NCBI GenBank assembly: GCA_037447605.1
Contig: CM074806.1
Coordinates: 4,588,001 to 4,652,000 of the forward strand
Length of the DNA stretch: 64,000 nucleotides
Direction of reading: 5' to 3'
From: Zygnema circumcarinatum SAG 698-1b
Lineage: Eukaryota; Plantae; Zygnematophyceae
Positions 1 through 15,108 of the stretch are shown piece after piece. A program made the position numbers and the translations under genes. Every line of letters begins with the position of its first letter. Within the stretch, counting starts at the first letter, position 1. Under the pieces are notes generated by a model that saw nothing but the letters and a program-made list of their open reading frames with translations, was not told the origin of the DNA and searched no databases.

Positions 1-189
1 CTCTCTCTCACCCTCTCTCTTTCTTTTTCTCCCTCTCGCCTCCAAGAATGCCAAACATTAGGGTCGTCAAGGGTTAACTGTTTCCACAATTCCGAAGAAT
101 ATAGGTTCAAGGGTTTCACAATTTCAGGAAATTTGAAGGATTCAGAACTCGATTTTTAGGGTTTAGGGTTTTAGGCCGTCCGGGCGCAC

Positions 190-292
190 CCTCTCCCTTC
201 CCCTTCTTGGCCTTCGCCGGCGCCTTGGAAGCGGAGGCCGCCCGCAGCCGCAAAGCAGCCGCCATGGCTCGCGCCCGCATGCCTCCCATCAT
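190..292 (-). CDS. Probable first exon of a gene running off the left edge; the N-terminus resembles plant mitochondrial ribosomal protein mL54 (L37)
   Basis: ATG at 292 reads MMGGMRARAMAAALRLRAASASKAPAKAKKGKGEG, followed by a possible donor G|GTGCGC at 189. An Ala/Arg-rich presequence-like start followed by AKKGKG recalls plant mL54. Identity is from memory of a short motif only. Confidence 0.3.
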
Positions 293-2193
293 GGCTCCCT
301 CCTCCCGCTCTCTCTCTCACTCCCCCCCCTCTCTCTCTCTCCCCGCGTGCCCTCTCGAGCTCCACTCGCTTTCTCTCCCTCCCTTTTTGTTGCTCCCCTC
401 TTCCTCTCTCTCCCTTCTCTCTCTCTCTCTCCCACAACCCCTTCCTCCACTCACTCTCTCTCCCTCTCTCTCTCTCCCTCTCTATCTTTCCCCTCTCTCT
501 CTCGCGCCCCTCTCCTTCTCCCCCTCTCTCTCGCGCTTCACTCCCCTTCCCTCGCTGGTTCTCTCTCGTCCCCCCTGCCTCTCGTCCCGATACATCTCGC
601 CCATTCGATTCTCTCGATATATTCCGCATATGCAGACTATCGAATCTAACAGTATATTCGATATTGTAGATATTATCAATATATTCGATGTCGTCTTATC
701 ATTCACACGTACGATTTCTATCGCGAAGCGTATTGGGTAGATATTATTGTGCACATGCCGATATCGTTCACCGATATCGAGATTCTGTGATCGATTTTCC
801 AAAATTATTCTTAATGTTCATCGGACGGCTCTGAGCGGTCTTTTGACGATCCAACGGTCGACGGAACCTGAAAAAATTTCTGGTTTTTTGAGGCCGTTGG
901 ATGGGATGGTCACTGAGATCGGACGGCTCGGCGGGCGTTCGTGCCCTGTCAGGAAGGTCAAGAAAAGTCAAGATTCACTGTTATTTGGAGACGTGGTACA
1001 CCGCCAAGGCCGCCGATCTTCCATCATGGCGTGCCCACGTGTCTCAGCCGAGCGGTGATCTCGAACGTCTATCCACTTTCGATCGATCAGATTGACGGTC
1101 AGGGTCGTCCGGCGTCCCTCCCGTTATCGCCCCCTCCGCCTCCCCTTCATGAGCGAGAGGACCTCCTCCATCTCCGCCATGGCTTCCCTCCTTGAGCTTG
1201 ACCTCCGCTTGCATGACACGTGGCGCTTCCTCCGAGAGGAGAGTACAGGAGAGGAGAGGAGAGGAGAGGAGAGTACAGGATAGGAGAGGAGGCGAAAGGA
1301 GAGGAGAGGAGAGGAGAGGAGAGGAGAGGAGAGGAGGGTAGGGGAGGGGAGAGGAGGGGAGAGGCGAGGGGAGAGCGGATAGGAGAGGGAGTTATTGGAG
1401 TCAATAGGAAGGGAGAGGAGAGGGGAGAGGAGGAGAGGAGGGGAGGAGAGGAGGGGAGGCGAGAGGAGAGGAGAGGGGGGGAGGCGAAAGGAGAGGATAG
1501 GATAGGAGAAGAGAGGAGAGGAGAGGAGAGGAGAGGAAAGGAGAGGAGAGGAGAGGAGAGGAGAGGAGAGGAGAGGAGAGGAGAGGAGGGGAGAGGAGAG
1601 GGGAGAGAGGAGAGGATGGGAGGGGAGGCGAGAGGAGAAGAGAGGAGGGGAGGCGAGAGGAGAGGAGAGGGGATTCGAAGGGGAGAGATGGAGATAGCTC
1701 TTCTGTTTCCAGTCATTTCAGCGACTTGGCTTCCTTTCCAAAAGAAAGCAACTGATGGCTTGGTTGGCTCCATGCTCGGAAAGTAAGAATTTTTTAAGTT
1801 GAATGTTTTTTTTGATTGTTTTCGTTGAGTTGATGAAAAAACATTTTAAATAATAATTGTTGACCAGAAATCCTGACCTAGAAGCCAGCAAACCAAGAGA
1901 AACCAATAATTTAAATATAAACTCACTAGGCACTTTTCAGCACGGAAGGATCCAACCATCACCACATCCGGAATTTTCGTCATTTCTGACATACGATGAA
2001 ACAGCAGGTAATGAAATAGGAGTAAATGTTTCTACCTCAATCAAAAGGAAACTTAAAATATATCAAGCATGCGCCTATGTGGCGTGAGGCTCCATGCTCC
2101 GCTTGTTAAACTGGACACACCACAAATACCTGCCAAAAGCTCACTAATAAAATCAATGTCGAAGTAGAGGGACTCTCCCTCTGTCTCGCCCCT

Positions 2194-2243
<50 letters not shown>

Positions 2244-2300
2244 TCTCCCTCTCTCACTCTGTTTTCCTCTCGCTCTCAAGAGCTTCACCCAAGGTGACTA

Positions 2301-5497
<3,197 letters not shown>

Positions 5498-5756
5498 CTC
5501 TCGTTTGCAGCGAGAGATATTTTAAGGGAGAGAGGGAGAGGCCGAGAGAGGCTGCAGAATGATATGTATATGTTTATATATCTGCCGTATGCGCTCGCTC
5601 AAATCCGAAGCAATTTTTTATAATTTTTCGTTTGACGAAAAAAATTTGATGAGAGTACAGTACTGAGAAGGCTGTGGAGCAGGGCGAAATGAGGACGAAA
5701 GGGCCCTTCTGCCATTGAAGGTACCCATTGTAAGATTACAGCCAACGAGGGTCTGC

Positions 5757-6314
5757 CACGTGGCAGATTTGCTGACATGGCATGCTGTGACTGGTGCAAT
5801 TTCGAGAGTTTGTGCTTTCAACGGATATCCACGTGGCAGTCGCTGCTGGACTTTCATCAGCTACGCCCAATGGGTGCATGTCACGTGTCCTCCAACACTC
5901 TTGTCCACTTGCGACTCGCCACGAGCACGTACACGTGGCGAATCGATATTGGAAAACGGGATAGAAAAAGGTCCACTGCATTTTTGTTGATCAGCAGGTC
6001 AGGTCGCGGATCCAGGATCGAGGAGAAACGAGCAGGGTCAACGGTCGTGAATGCAGGATGCTGGAGAAAAAAGAGAAGGGTCAACGGTCGTGGATCCAGG
6101 GTCACGGAGAAAAACGAGCAGGGTCAACGACGGAATCAAGAGTCAATTTTCAAGGGTCAACTCCCATATGGACTTGACAAACATGTGGTTAGTCAAGTCA
6201 CGTGCCTAAAACAAAAAAATGGTCGACTAACATTTTGGCCAACATCGTGGCCGAGCTCCCATTGCGTGCGAGGTCGAGTTGACTAAGACTCAATCAATGA
6301 AAAGTCTCCACGTG
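5757..6314. promoter_or_regulatory. Cluster of six G-box/ABRE-type CACGTG motifs upstream of the GDSL gene
   Basis: CACGTG at 5757, 5830, 5882, 5932, 6199 and 6309, about 260-820 bp upstream of ATG 5497. Function is inferred. Confidence 0.5.
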
Positions 6315-6484
6315 GAGCGCAGCCATAGGTTGGTCAGTCTAACTTCAAACTTAGCAATTCCATTCCATGAGTGTTTCCAGCCACGACTGTGACTAAAAAA
6401 ACTAAACTCGTTCTTCAAAAATTGACTGAACCAAGTCATTAAACTTAGCCTAACCAAACCTATAGGCGCTTAGCCAGCTAGGCT

Positions 6485-8600
6485 TTAGGCTGTTGCAGTG
6501 ATGGTTCGGTGGCGTGGATCCGATAAGACGGTGGTCACCGAGTGGAATCCGAGATCCACCGCTGCCTGTTCAATGTTCATAGAGAAGTATTGATCCGACC
6601 ACGGCTCCGTGGACTTCATCAGTGTGAAAATTGGAGCCGGGAGGGACTGCAGCAGAGAGAGAGAGAGGAGCCATTCTTAATTTTTTTCCAATTTTTTTTT
6701 TTAAAGGTAAGAACTTTAGCCAAGACGGCAAAAGAATGGTGATAAACAATGCAGAGAAGAGAGGGACAGGAAGGGGGAGAGAGGGATTGGGAGGGGGATA
6801 GAGAGAGGGAGGCAGAGGAGAGGTGGGGAGGAACACAGAGAGAGGAAAAAAGGAGGGACAGGGGGATTGGGAGAGGGAGAGTAAGAGGGAGGAGAAGGGG
6901 AGGGAGAGAGGGAGGCAGAGGAGAGGGGGGGAGACACAGAGAGAGAGAGGGAGAAAGGAGGGACAGGGGGATTGGGAGAGGGAGAGTAAGATGGAGGAGA
7001 GGGGGAGGAAGAGAGGGAGACACAGGGAGAGTGAGAGCGAGAGGGAGAGAGAAAGAGCGGGAGAGAGAGAGAGAGAGAAAAACTTAAGTCGGTTGGTAGT
7101 TGAATCTCACCTGAATGACCTTTGATTTTGGCTGGCAAAAGTCACCAAACCACCCCCCACCCCTCAGTCAGCCCCTCTCCTCCAAAGCCCGAAAAACAAA
7201 CACTCGAGAAAATGAAGCAAACCCTAACATCCTGCTCCGAATCCCACAACCCCAAACCCTAAAAAATCTCTGGAAACCCTAAAAAAAACTCACTGAGTTA
7301 TCTGTGATGGCGAGGGTCCCCCCCGCGCGGAGCAGCCGTTTCGCCTCTCGCAGCAGATCGACGATCGCAGCCGTTGGGCACTCGTGGATCTGGCCAATCC
7401 CAAGGCGACACGTGTCAAAACTTGGCTTCACCAGAAAGTAATAGCACAACAGAATCTGAAGATAATGTTTCTAAAGACTCAATGAACGAATAGGGAGAGG
7501 GAGAGGGAGTGGGAGAGGGAGAGGGGGAGAGGAAGAGGAGAGGGAGAGGGAGAGGGAGAGGGAGAGGGAGAGAGAGGGAGAGGGAGAGGGAGAGGGAGCG
7601 GGAGGGGGAGAGGAGAGGGAGAGGGAGAGGGAGAGGAGAGAGAGGGAGAGGAAGAGGGAGAGGGAGAGGGAGAGGGAGAGGGAGAGGGAGAGAGAGAGGG
7701 AGAGGGAGAGGGAGCGGGCGAGAGGGAGAGGGAGAGGGAGAGGGAGAGGGGGAATGAAAGAAAGAGGATTGCAGTTTCCATAAGCATGGTCCAAATTTGT
7801 GGGCTTACCACAAAGGCGATGGAAATTAGGTCAAAGGAAGCATCTGGCAAGCCTGTACTTTCGCCGAGCGCGTGGAGCCATCTGATTGGTCGATGATACG
7901 GAGCACTCCCATTGGCCGCCGCCTCCTTCTCCCTGTACGAAGCAACGGCCAAAAAATAGGGCGAAAGATCTAGCCCCTGTAACGCTCCCACTCGCACATA
8001 GAACCCCAGTTAGGGTTTCTGACTCTTGAAAAGTTTGAAAGCTTCAAAATTTGTCAGAACTCCATCAATGTGAAACCCATGTTTCGAGAGTCAAAACATT
8101 TTCAAAGTTCCAAAAAACTAGAGTTTGATGTGTTGTAGGGTCCGTAAGTCGTACAGTGACGTCAGCATCAGGATATGCCTCTGCCAGGTAGGATGTGCTG
8201 ATGCCGACCGCGCATCCGACGTCCAGGATTGCTCGGATCTGCAATTGATCTGAGTGCTGCAGATGGTGCCTTTCTATGGCTGCCAACCACCCCCCTCTCA
8301 AGATATCGCTCGCAGCACGCGGAGTTTGGACCAATGGGAAGGCTCGCTGACACATGGCGGCAGTAGCAGCCTCTACCTCAAAGGCAGCCTGCACTAGAAA
8401 GAATGAGAGTTTTAGGGTTGTGAAAGAGAGGGGTTGGAGATTGTAGAGTTCAAAGGGTTCAGTACTTTTGGGGGTTCTGAAGGCATAAGGTGTGAAGGAT
8501 TATGAACATGAGGGGAGGAGTTCATGTTCTTCAAAATGTCAGGATTTTAGATTTCACATGTATACGAACGTTTGATGTTATAGGTTTGGCACTTGAAAGC

Positions 8601-8632
<32 letters not shown>

Positions 8633-10186
8633 GAGGAAAGAGAGCGAGAGAGAGAGAGACACAAAAAAGGACATACCTCCCAGCATAGGTTGCCATCGTT
8701 GTAAGCATGGAACTTTTGAAGATAATCTGTTGTGTTGACCAATAAACCCACCCAGAAAAAGGGAAAAAGATAAAAGAAAAGGGCAGGGTGAACCGGTAGT
8801 TTAAGCTATAGCAGTCACTATGGGTTCAGTACATCTGCGTGAATACTAGTGACTACTCTTTTGGTTCGTCTATCACTTGCAACGTATCTATTTAGTTTAA
8901 GCTTCAGTTCTTCTCCATTGAGCATAATATGGTTTCCTCTCACACATGCTGCACGAAAACATGACGTGACGTGACGCCTTCAAGGGTTGTGGATTCGCAC
9001 ATGAGGGGTACACAATGTCCTTGCTTTCCAAATCCTCCTTCATCGTGTGCAGTTCTGAAACATTACGGAGCTGTTCCGCACGCTCCCGCCACGGAATTCC
9101 CTTTTTTTCTGCAGTGCTGCATCCAGCTCGTGAACAAACAAAAGTTCCAACTCAATTTCTTCGACATTATGCACTCTTGACATCTTCCTCAATCCAAGCG
9201 CAAAAAAAATTCTTCCCCCTTACCTCCCCTATACCTCTCTTTCTACCCCGCCTTCTCACACCCCTTAACCACCCCTCCTAAGTCGGCCCCCCTAACTTCC
9301 ACTCGCTCTTTATCTCCCTCGCCTCCCATTCTCTCTGCCAGCCCTTCCTAACTTCTCACCCCCCTCTCACTCTCTCCCCCTCTTCCTCCTTCCCTTCCTT
9401 TCCCCTGGCCCCACTTCCTGTCCCATCTCCTCACGCAAACCCATACAGTACGCCTCCACCCCTCCACCCCAGTCCCTCTTTTCCTCTCCACCTCCCCCCC
9501 TATGTCCCCATGTCCCCCCGGCCCCCATGCTCTTCATTCCTTCCCGAGCCCCCCTCATTCTGCCCATATCTCCAATGCCCCCATGGACCCACATGCCTCC
9601 TCCCCCCCTGCTCTTCATCCCTTCCCATGCCCCCCATGCCCCCCATGCCCCCCATGCCCCCATGCATGCATGGCCCATGGGCGGGCACCTGATCATGAGC
9701 TGGCGCGCGCCGAGCCTGAGGAGGGCAAAGAGCGGCGGGACGGCGATGATGGCGTTGACGACGCGAGACATTGGGTCCCGCCCCGTCCACGTGGGCTGCT
9801 CCAGGGGGCCCTCCGCGTCCGGCGACCACTCCCAGACCTCCACGTGGCGCCTGCCTGACACGCCGGCACTCTGCATGAGGCAGGTGAGAAAGGGTTCAAG
9901 TTCAATGCTCACAAATTCAGAGTTCAGCTTTTGTTTAAAGAAGTTTATCTTCTGACCAAGCTCACTCAATAGGCATTGAAACGCGGCCTACCTCCGTTTT
10001 CAATCCATCCGAAGTGTTCAGTACCGCCGATACCCCAAAGCTCCGCTTCTTGAAAGCGCCCGATGCTGCCACTGCCGGAAGGGAGACACCTCTCCCGCGC
10101 TGGAGAGAGAGAGAGGGCGAGAGAGGTACAGGAGAGGAGCCCTGAAGGGCTGCTAAAGGGCCGCACATTGGACAGGTGGCAGCCAT
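6485..10186 (-). CDS. Plastid-targeted class I SAM-dependent methyltransferase (methyltransferase type 11-like), 9 exons
   Basis: Exons 10186-9992, 9870-9689, 9116-9001, 8726-8677, 8388-8155, 7976-7809, 7389-7294, 7131-7111 (21 nt) and 6646-6485, all phase-consistent GT-AG. Motifs: transit-peptide-like N-terminus, [31 protein letters not shown] (motif I), [28 protein letters not shown]. Confidence 0.92.
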
Positions 10187-10429
10187 GGCACCTCCCCCTC
10201 CCTATAATTCCACCTCCCACTTCCTCGCTCTCTCGTCCTCTCTTCTCTGAGTCTTCTGACTCTTCTCCCTCCGTCGCTTCTATCACTTCCACTTGTACCG
10301 TACGAGGAGGATAACGCCCTTCCCTTTCCGCGTCACCACCTCAGCAGGCGTTCCCTGTGTTCTACTGCCCGTTCAACGGCGTGAACGCGATGTTTGAAAT
10401 TTATCCGAAATCCAAAAAATTGTTAAAAC

Positions 10430-10535
10430 TCAGAAACCAGAAACCGGAAACTGAAATCCAGAAACCGAAAACCAGGAACCAGAAACCCAAAATCAGAAAC
10501 TAGAAACCGGAAATGGGAAAACCAGAAACTAGAGT
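10430..10535. repeat. Degenerate 7-mer (AGAAACC/GGAAACT) tandem array in the divergent promoter
   Basis: About 14 imperfect units, e.g. cagaaaccagaaaccggaaactgaaatccagaaaccgaaaacc. Confidence 0.75.
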
Positions 10536-11066
10536 TTAGCGGGCGTTCACAAAAGTGCAGATGCCAATTGGGCGTTCACATTGTAACGACGAATTCGGCT
10601 AGATATGTACGGAGGGTGGATTTGCCGTACGGACCGGTATGCCGCTCTGGTGGCGCCACGTAGCCCGCCTGCCGACAAGCGGCGGAGGTGGCGGCGACGG
10701 CCACGTGGCGCTCCGCGAGCCCAACGCCGCTCGAAATTAAAAATTCGAAGATTTTTAAAAAGTTTTCGAATGTACCCAAAAAAACATGCGATCATCCTGG
10801 CCCAGTTCCAAGCTGAGAAATGTTCTGCCCGGGCAGAAAAACTATTTACAATGTTGGTCATATCCTCTGCCCAAAAATATGTTTCCAAATGCACAATTGG
10901 CTAAACTAATCGCGTTGCATGGAACAGTAACTGGACCGAAACTGTGGCACATGTAGTGCCCTCCCCCTCTCTTGGAAAGAGGGAGAAATTGGAAGCAGCT
11001 TTCTCTCTCTCTTTCCCCTCTCAGCTCACATTCTTACTGCTGCAGCAGCAGCAACAGCTCGCAGCC

Positions 11067-14000
11067 ATGGCGGCTCCCGCGCTTCCTGCAGTCTCTTTGG
11101 AATCCTGCTGCATGAAGAGCCTCGCAGGAAGAGCAGCCGAGCGGACGACATTGACCAGTGCAGATAGGAGCAGCCGGATTACATCCAGAAGCGCGTTCTA
11201 TGGTGCATATGTAGGAAGGAAGTATTTAGAAGTTTCTGCAGACGGCCTAACTGGGGAAGTTTGTTCACGTGGAACAAGCCAAAAAGCAGGTGAATAGACT
11301 ATTCCAGCTGTCCTTGCTGTTTGGGTTGTTATTGCTAGCTTCTTGCCTTATTTTTGACGATAATGCTGTTTCATGGAAATCTGAGAAATTTACTTGTGCA
11401 ACCTGCTGCTTCTTCACAATGTGAGATAGATTTGGATGATTTTTGGCAAAACATGTTTGCCTGCTCCTGCAGCTACCTTGTTCTGCACCATTTGGGAGCC
11501 AAGTTGTAATTCGAGTGCTGAATGCTGAATGGCAATGTCGCACTATCTGGTGCATTATTGATCTTCGTAATTTCGTATGTGAAGCTGTGCGTCAATGTAA
11601 TAAGAAACTCCGCAAATAGACTGCCTGCATTCTAGTTGTGAAGCATCGCTAAGAAAGGTATTAATAATCACTTTTTAGTCAAAAAAACGCGACGGGTTCA
11701 CCATTTTTCGAGCTGATGTCAGCAAGCCGCGGAACACAATCTCGTGCAAGCATGCCCTCACTTATGCTGAATTCACTTTACGGCTTGGACTGAAACGCCA
11801 TTGCAAGATGTCCAAATCGCTCACTGAAAAAAAAATCTAAATTTTTCTGCAGGCTCCGCATGCAGATGGAGCAGGTTCTCCTGCAGCGCTCAAGCAACAG
11901 CCGCTGTCTCTGCAGCTGCCATTTCAGGGACCCCTGTTCGCACTACAAGCATTCTTGTTGTTGGAGCGACGGGAACACTTGGGCGGCAGATTGTGAGGAA
12001 GGCCCTTGATGAGGGGTATGACGTGAGGTGCCTCGTCAGACCACGTCCGACTCCAGCAGACTTCCTGCGCGACTGGGGGGCCAATGTCGTCAATGTAAGG
12101 GGTGGAAGTGGAAGAAAGTGTGCGTGGAATGGAGAGGAAAGCAGGCAGGAGGAGTGAAGAGGAACAGGGAGAGGGGCGTGAGAGGGAGTGGGAGGAGGAG
12201 GCTTGAGAAGAAGAGAGAGCGAAGGGTAGGGCGAAAGCGAAAGGGTGGTAGAGGGAACCTCGAAAGTTTACAATGAGGTATGGGGGGATAGGCATGGCGA
12301 GGAGTGACCGGGACAGAGGCCTGGAAGAGTGGTAGAGGTGGGTTGGGGTGGAGTGGAGAGAGGGGTGGGGGAAGGGGGGAATGCAGAACTGTTGTCGAAG
12401 GACTTGACATGTGTACTTGCAATCGAGCTGAGGCTCCTCGAATATCTTGTCGCTCGTGCTTGCCTAAGCCTGCTATTTCCCTGCCTTTTCTTAATCTTTG
12501 GCAGGGTGATTTGAACAAGCCAGAAACTCTCCCACCAGCTTTGGTTGGAATCCACACTATCATTGACTGCGCTACTGGAAGGCCTGAAGAACCTATTAGG
12601 ACGGTAAGGTTCCAAGTTTTCGGAAAAGCATTGTTGCCTCCCTGGAATCTGTCTCTGTTTGCTGTTGGTTATAAGGAGAAATGCTTGAATGAATCAACGG
12701 ATGCTTCAAGTCTAGGCAAATGTGATTTTTGATTTTTGTTCAGGACATTGTTTCTTTTTCCGCTAAATGTTTGAAGTCTCAAGCAGAAGCTAATCTACTG
12801 ACTCAGCCACGTTCTTGCTCGAAAGACAATGAAAGCTAGGAACATTGGCATCCTTGTGTGTTCCGCCGAACGTTATGTTAAAGAAGGCCCTTACGACAAG
12901 CTCATTCCTTTTCTAAAATTCTTTACTTGTCGATTTGAATTTCTCTCCAGGTGGACTGGGATGGCAAGGTGGCTCTCATCCAATGTGCAAAGGCCATGGG
13001 CATTCAGCGCTATATCTTCTTCTCTATCCACAACTGTGACAAGCATCCTGAGGTTCCCTTGATGGAGATCAAACGTTGCACAGAGAAGTTTCTTGCGGAC
13101 TCAAATCTGAATTTCACCACTATTCGTCTCTGCGGCTTTATGCAGGTATCTGACGGATATCCTTCACATTACAGTGGTTTTTATTGCCCTACACGTTCTT
13201 AAGAGCGCGTATAATACGACCAGATCAAGCTAAAGCTTATAAGCTCGATAAGTGTCTCTGAGTATTGTATGACCCCTAGTATTTGCACTGAGTCTGTTTA
13301 GGTGTTAGTTTTGGAGATGAGGGGTCATCTCCTGCAATGGTATAGGAGCATGGGATGGCATGCCTGGCATGCTTTTTAGAATGTCCAAAAAATTAGCTTC
13401 AGATATGTTTCCTCCGTTAGCTTCAACATTGCTTTGGCCAGTGACCTAATTCTTAGTCACTCATGAAGCCTTTAGCCTTTAGTTTTTCCTCTGAGATTTA
13501 CCCGCACAGTGTCTCGGCAAGGTACCAGGGACAAGTACTTAGGCTCTACTATTTCTTTTCCCCAGATTCCACTACATTTCTGGCGCCTACTAGAGTTCTT
13601 AATCATTTTTTATAAGCGTTAGGTTGTTATTGATTTTCACATCAGGTTAGTCGCACTTATTTCTCTCAAAGTTGCTGAAGTACTACAATTGGAGCCCCCT
13701 GACTTTTTGTTAATGTCTAGACAGGCTCCGGGATTCTTTCACTAACAGAAGAGGAGATTTGATTAGAATATACATACTATGGACGTCTATGTTGTCACAA
13801 CAATGATAATGTTTTTGGGTTTTGGGGGTTGAACAGGCTCTAATTGGACAATATGCGGTGCCAATTCTGGAGGATAAGTCCGTATGGGGTACAGATGCTA
13901 CCACTCGTATTGCCTACATGGACAGTCAGGTAGTTAACACCAGATGCTCTAATATCTCCAATTTCCTTGCCTTATACATTTTTAAATCCTGAGTTCAAAC

Positions 14001-15108
14001 CCCTCCCAAAGCTCGAAAGCTTAAGACCTCAAAGCTCCTCTTCCCCAAATCTGGAAAATTCAATCACTGAAGCCCGTTAAGTCTGAAACCCACACTCGTA
14101 AGTGAAAGAAAGCAACGATGATAACGCTTTGTGCATACGAGCTGTCAGAGTATGGGAGTATCACTCCTGCCCAGGGCAGGTTTCTAATATATGTAATGTC
14201 TGCAAGCTCAACCCAACCGTTTATGAAGAGCTGTTGAATCCTGTTAGAACTAAGTATAGCTGTTTTCACTGCAAATTTTAGCTCCGAATAAAAAATCTAG
14301 AATTCTCTTCCTTGATGTTAATATATGGGTTTCAAAGTGTTAGACGCGCTTGTTACTATTGTTCTGAAACCTTTTATCAAAATGCTGCCGTCCTCTCTTT
14401 TCCTCCTTTCCTCTTATCTTTGCATCCCTTTCATTCCTCTGCTTCAGGATGTGGCAAAAATGACCATGGCTGCTCTGAGGAACGAGAACACGGAAAGGAA
14501 AACTCTGACCCTGGCAGGCCCAAGAGCATGGTCGAGTCAAGAGGTACGGTCTCATCATGATCTCTACCACACCCTTCAAACTTTAGTATTCTGAAAAACC
14601 TGTGAAATGCCAAACCAAATTTCCCAAAAGCTTTCGTAACCTGGACAACTTGCTCTATGTTATGAGCAGGTGATTGCATTATGTGAAAGGCTGGCAGGCC
14701 AGGACGCTAAGGTCACAACTGTGCCGATTGGAGTGTTGAAATTCACCCGCCAGCTCACACGCCTCTTCCAATGGACCACAGATGTTGCTGATCGCCTTGC
14801 ATTTTCTGAGGTATTCCTCCCCTTAGCTCCCTCTTTTTGTATTTGAGCTCTTTAGCTTAACACCCGTTTCCTTCAGTATGAGACTTTTTAGGTCTTCTTA
14901 GTCATTATTCTCTCCTACTGTGCTCTTGCAGGTACTGACAGGAGACACAGTCTTTTCTGCACCCATGACGGAGACCTATAAGCTCCTTGGTTTGGATGGA
15001 AAGGAGACTACCACTCTTGAACTCTACTTGCAGGAGTATTATTCCCAAATCCTGAAGAAGCTCAAGGACTTGAAGGCCACTTCGAAGCAGGGCGACTACT
15101 ACCTCTAG
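11067..15108 (+). CDS. HCF244: HCF244/Ycf39, atypical short-chain dehydrogenase (NmrA-like) PSII assembly factor, 8 exons
   Basis: Exons approximately 11067-11289, 11853-12094, 12505-12603, 12951-13145, 13841-13929, 14448-14542, 14670-14810 and 14932-15108. The spliced protein reads [45 protein letters not shown]...[18 protein letters not shown]...[12 protein letters not shown]...[12 protein letters not shown]...[18 protein letters not shown], closely matching plant HCF244 as I recall it. Confidence 0.95.

Noticed and set aside
1149-2090. Possible small gene: ORF MSERTSSISAMASLLELDLRLHDTWRFL plus an exon-like segment at about 1713-1782 with AG/GT borders
   Set aside because: The putative donor is weak, I recognise no protein motif, and I could not build a convincing continuation. 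It needs RNA-seq or a homology search.
10547-10904. ORFs of 67-115 aa in the methyltransferase/HCF244 spacer, and a possible TIR pair GCCAATTG/CAATTGGC
   Set aside because: No recognisable protein motif, an inverted match of only 8 bp, and no TSD.
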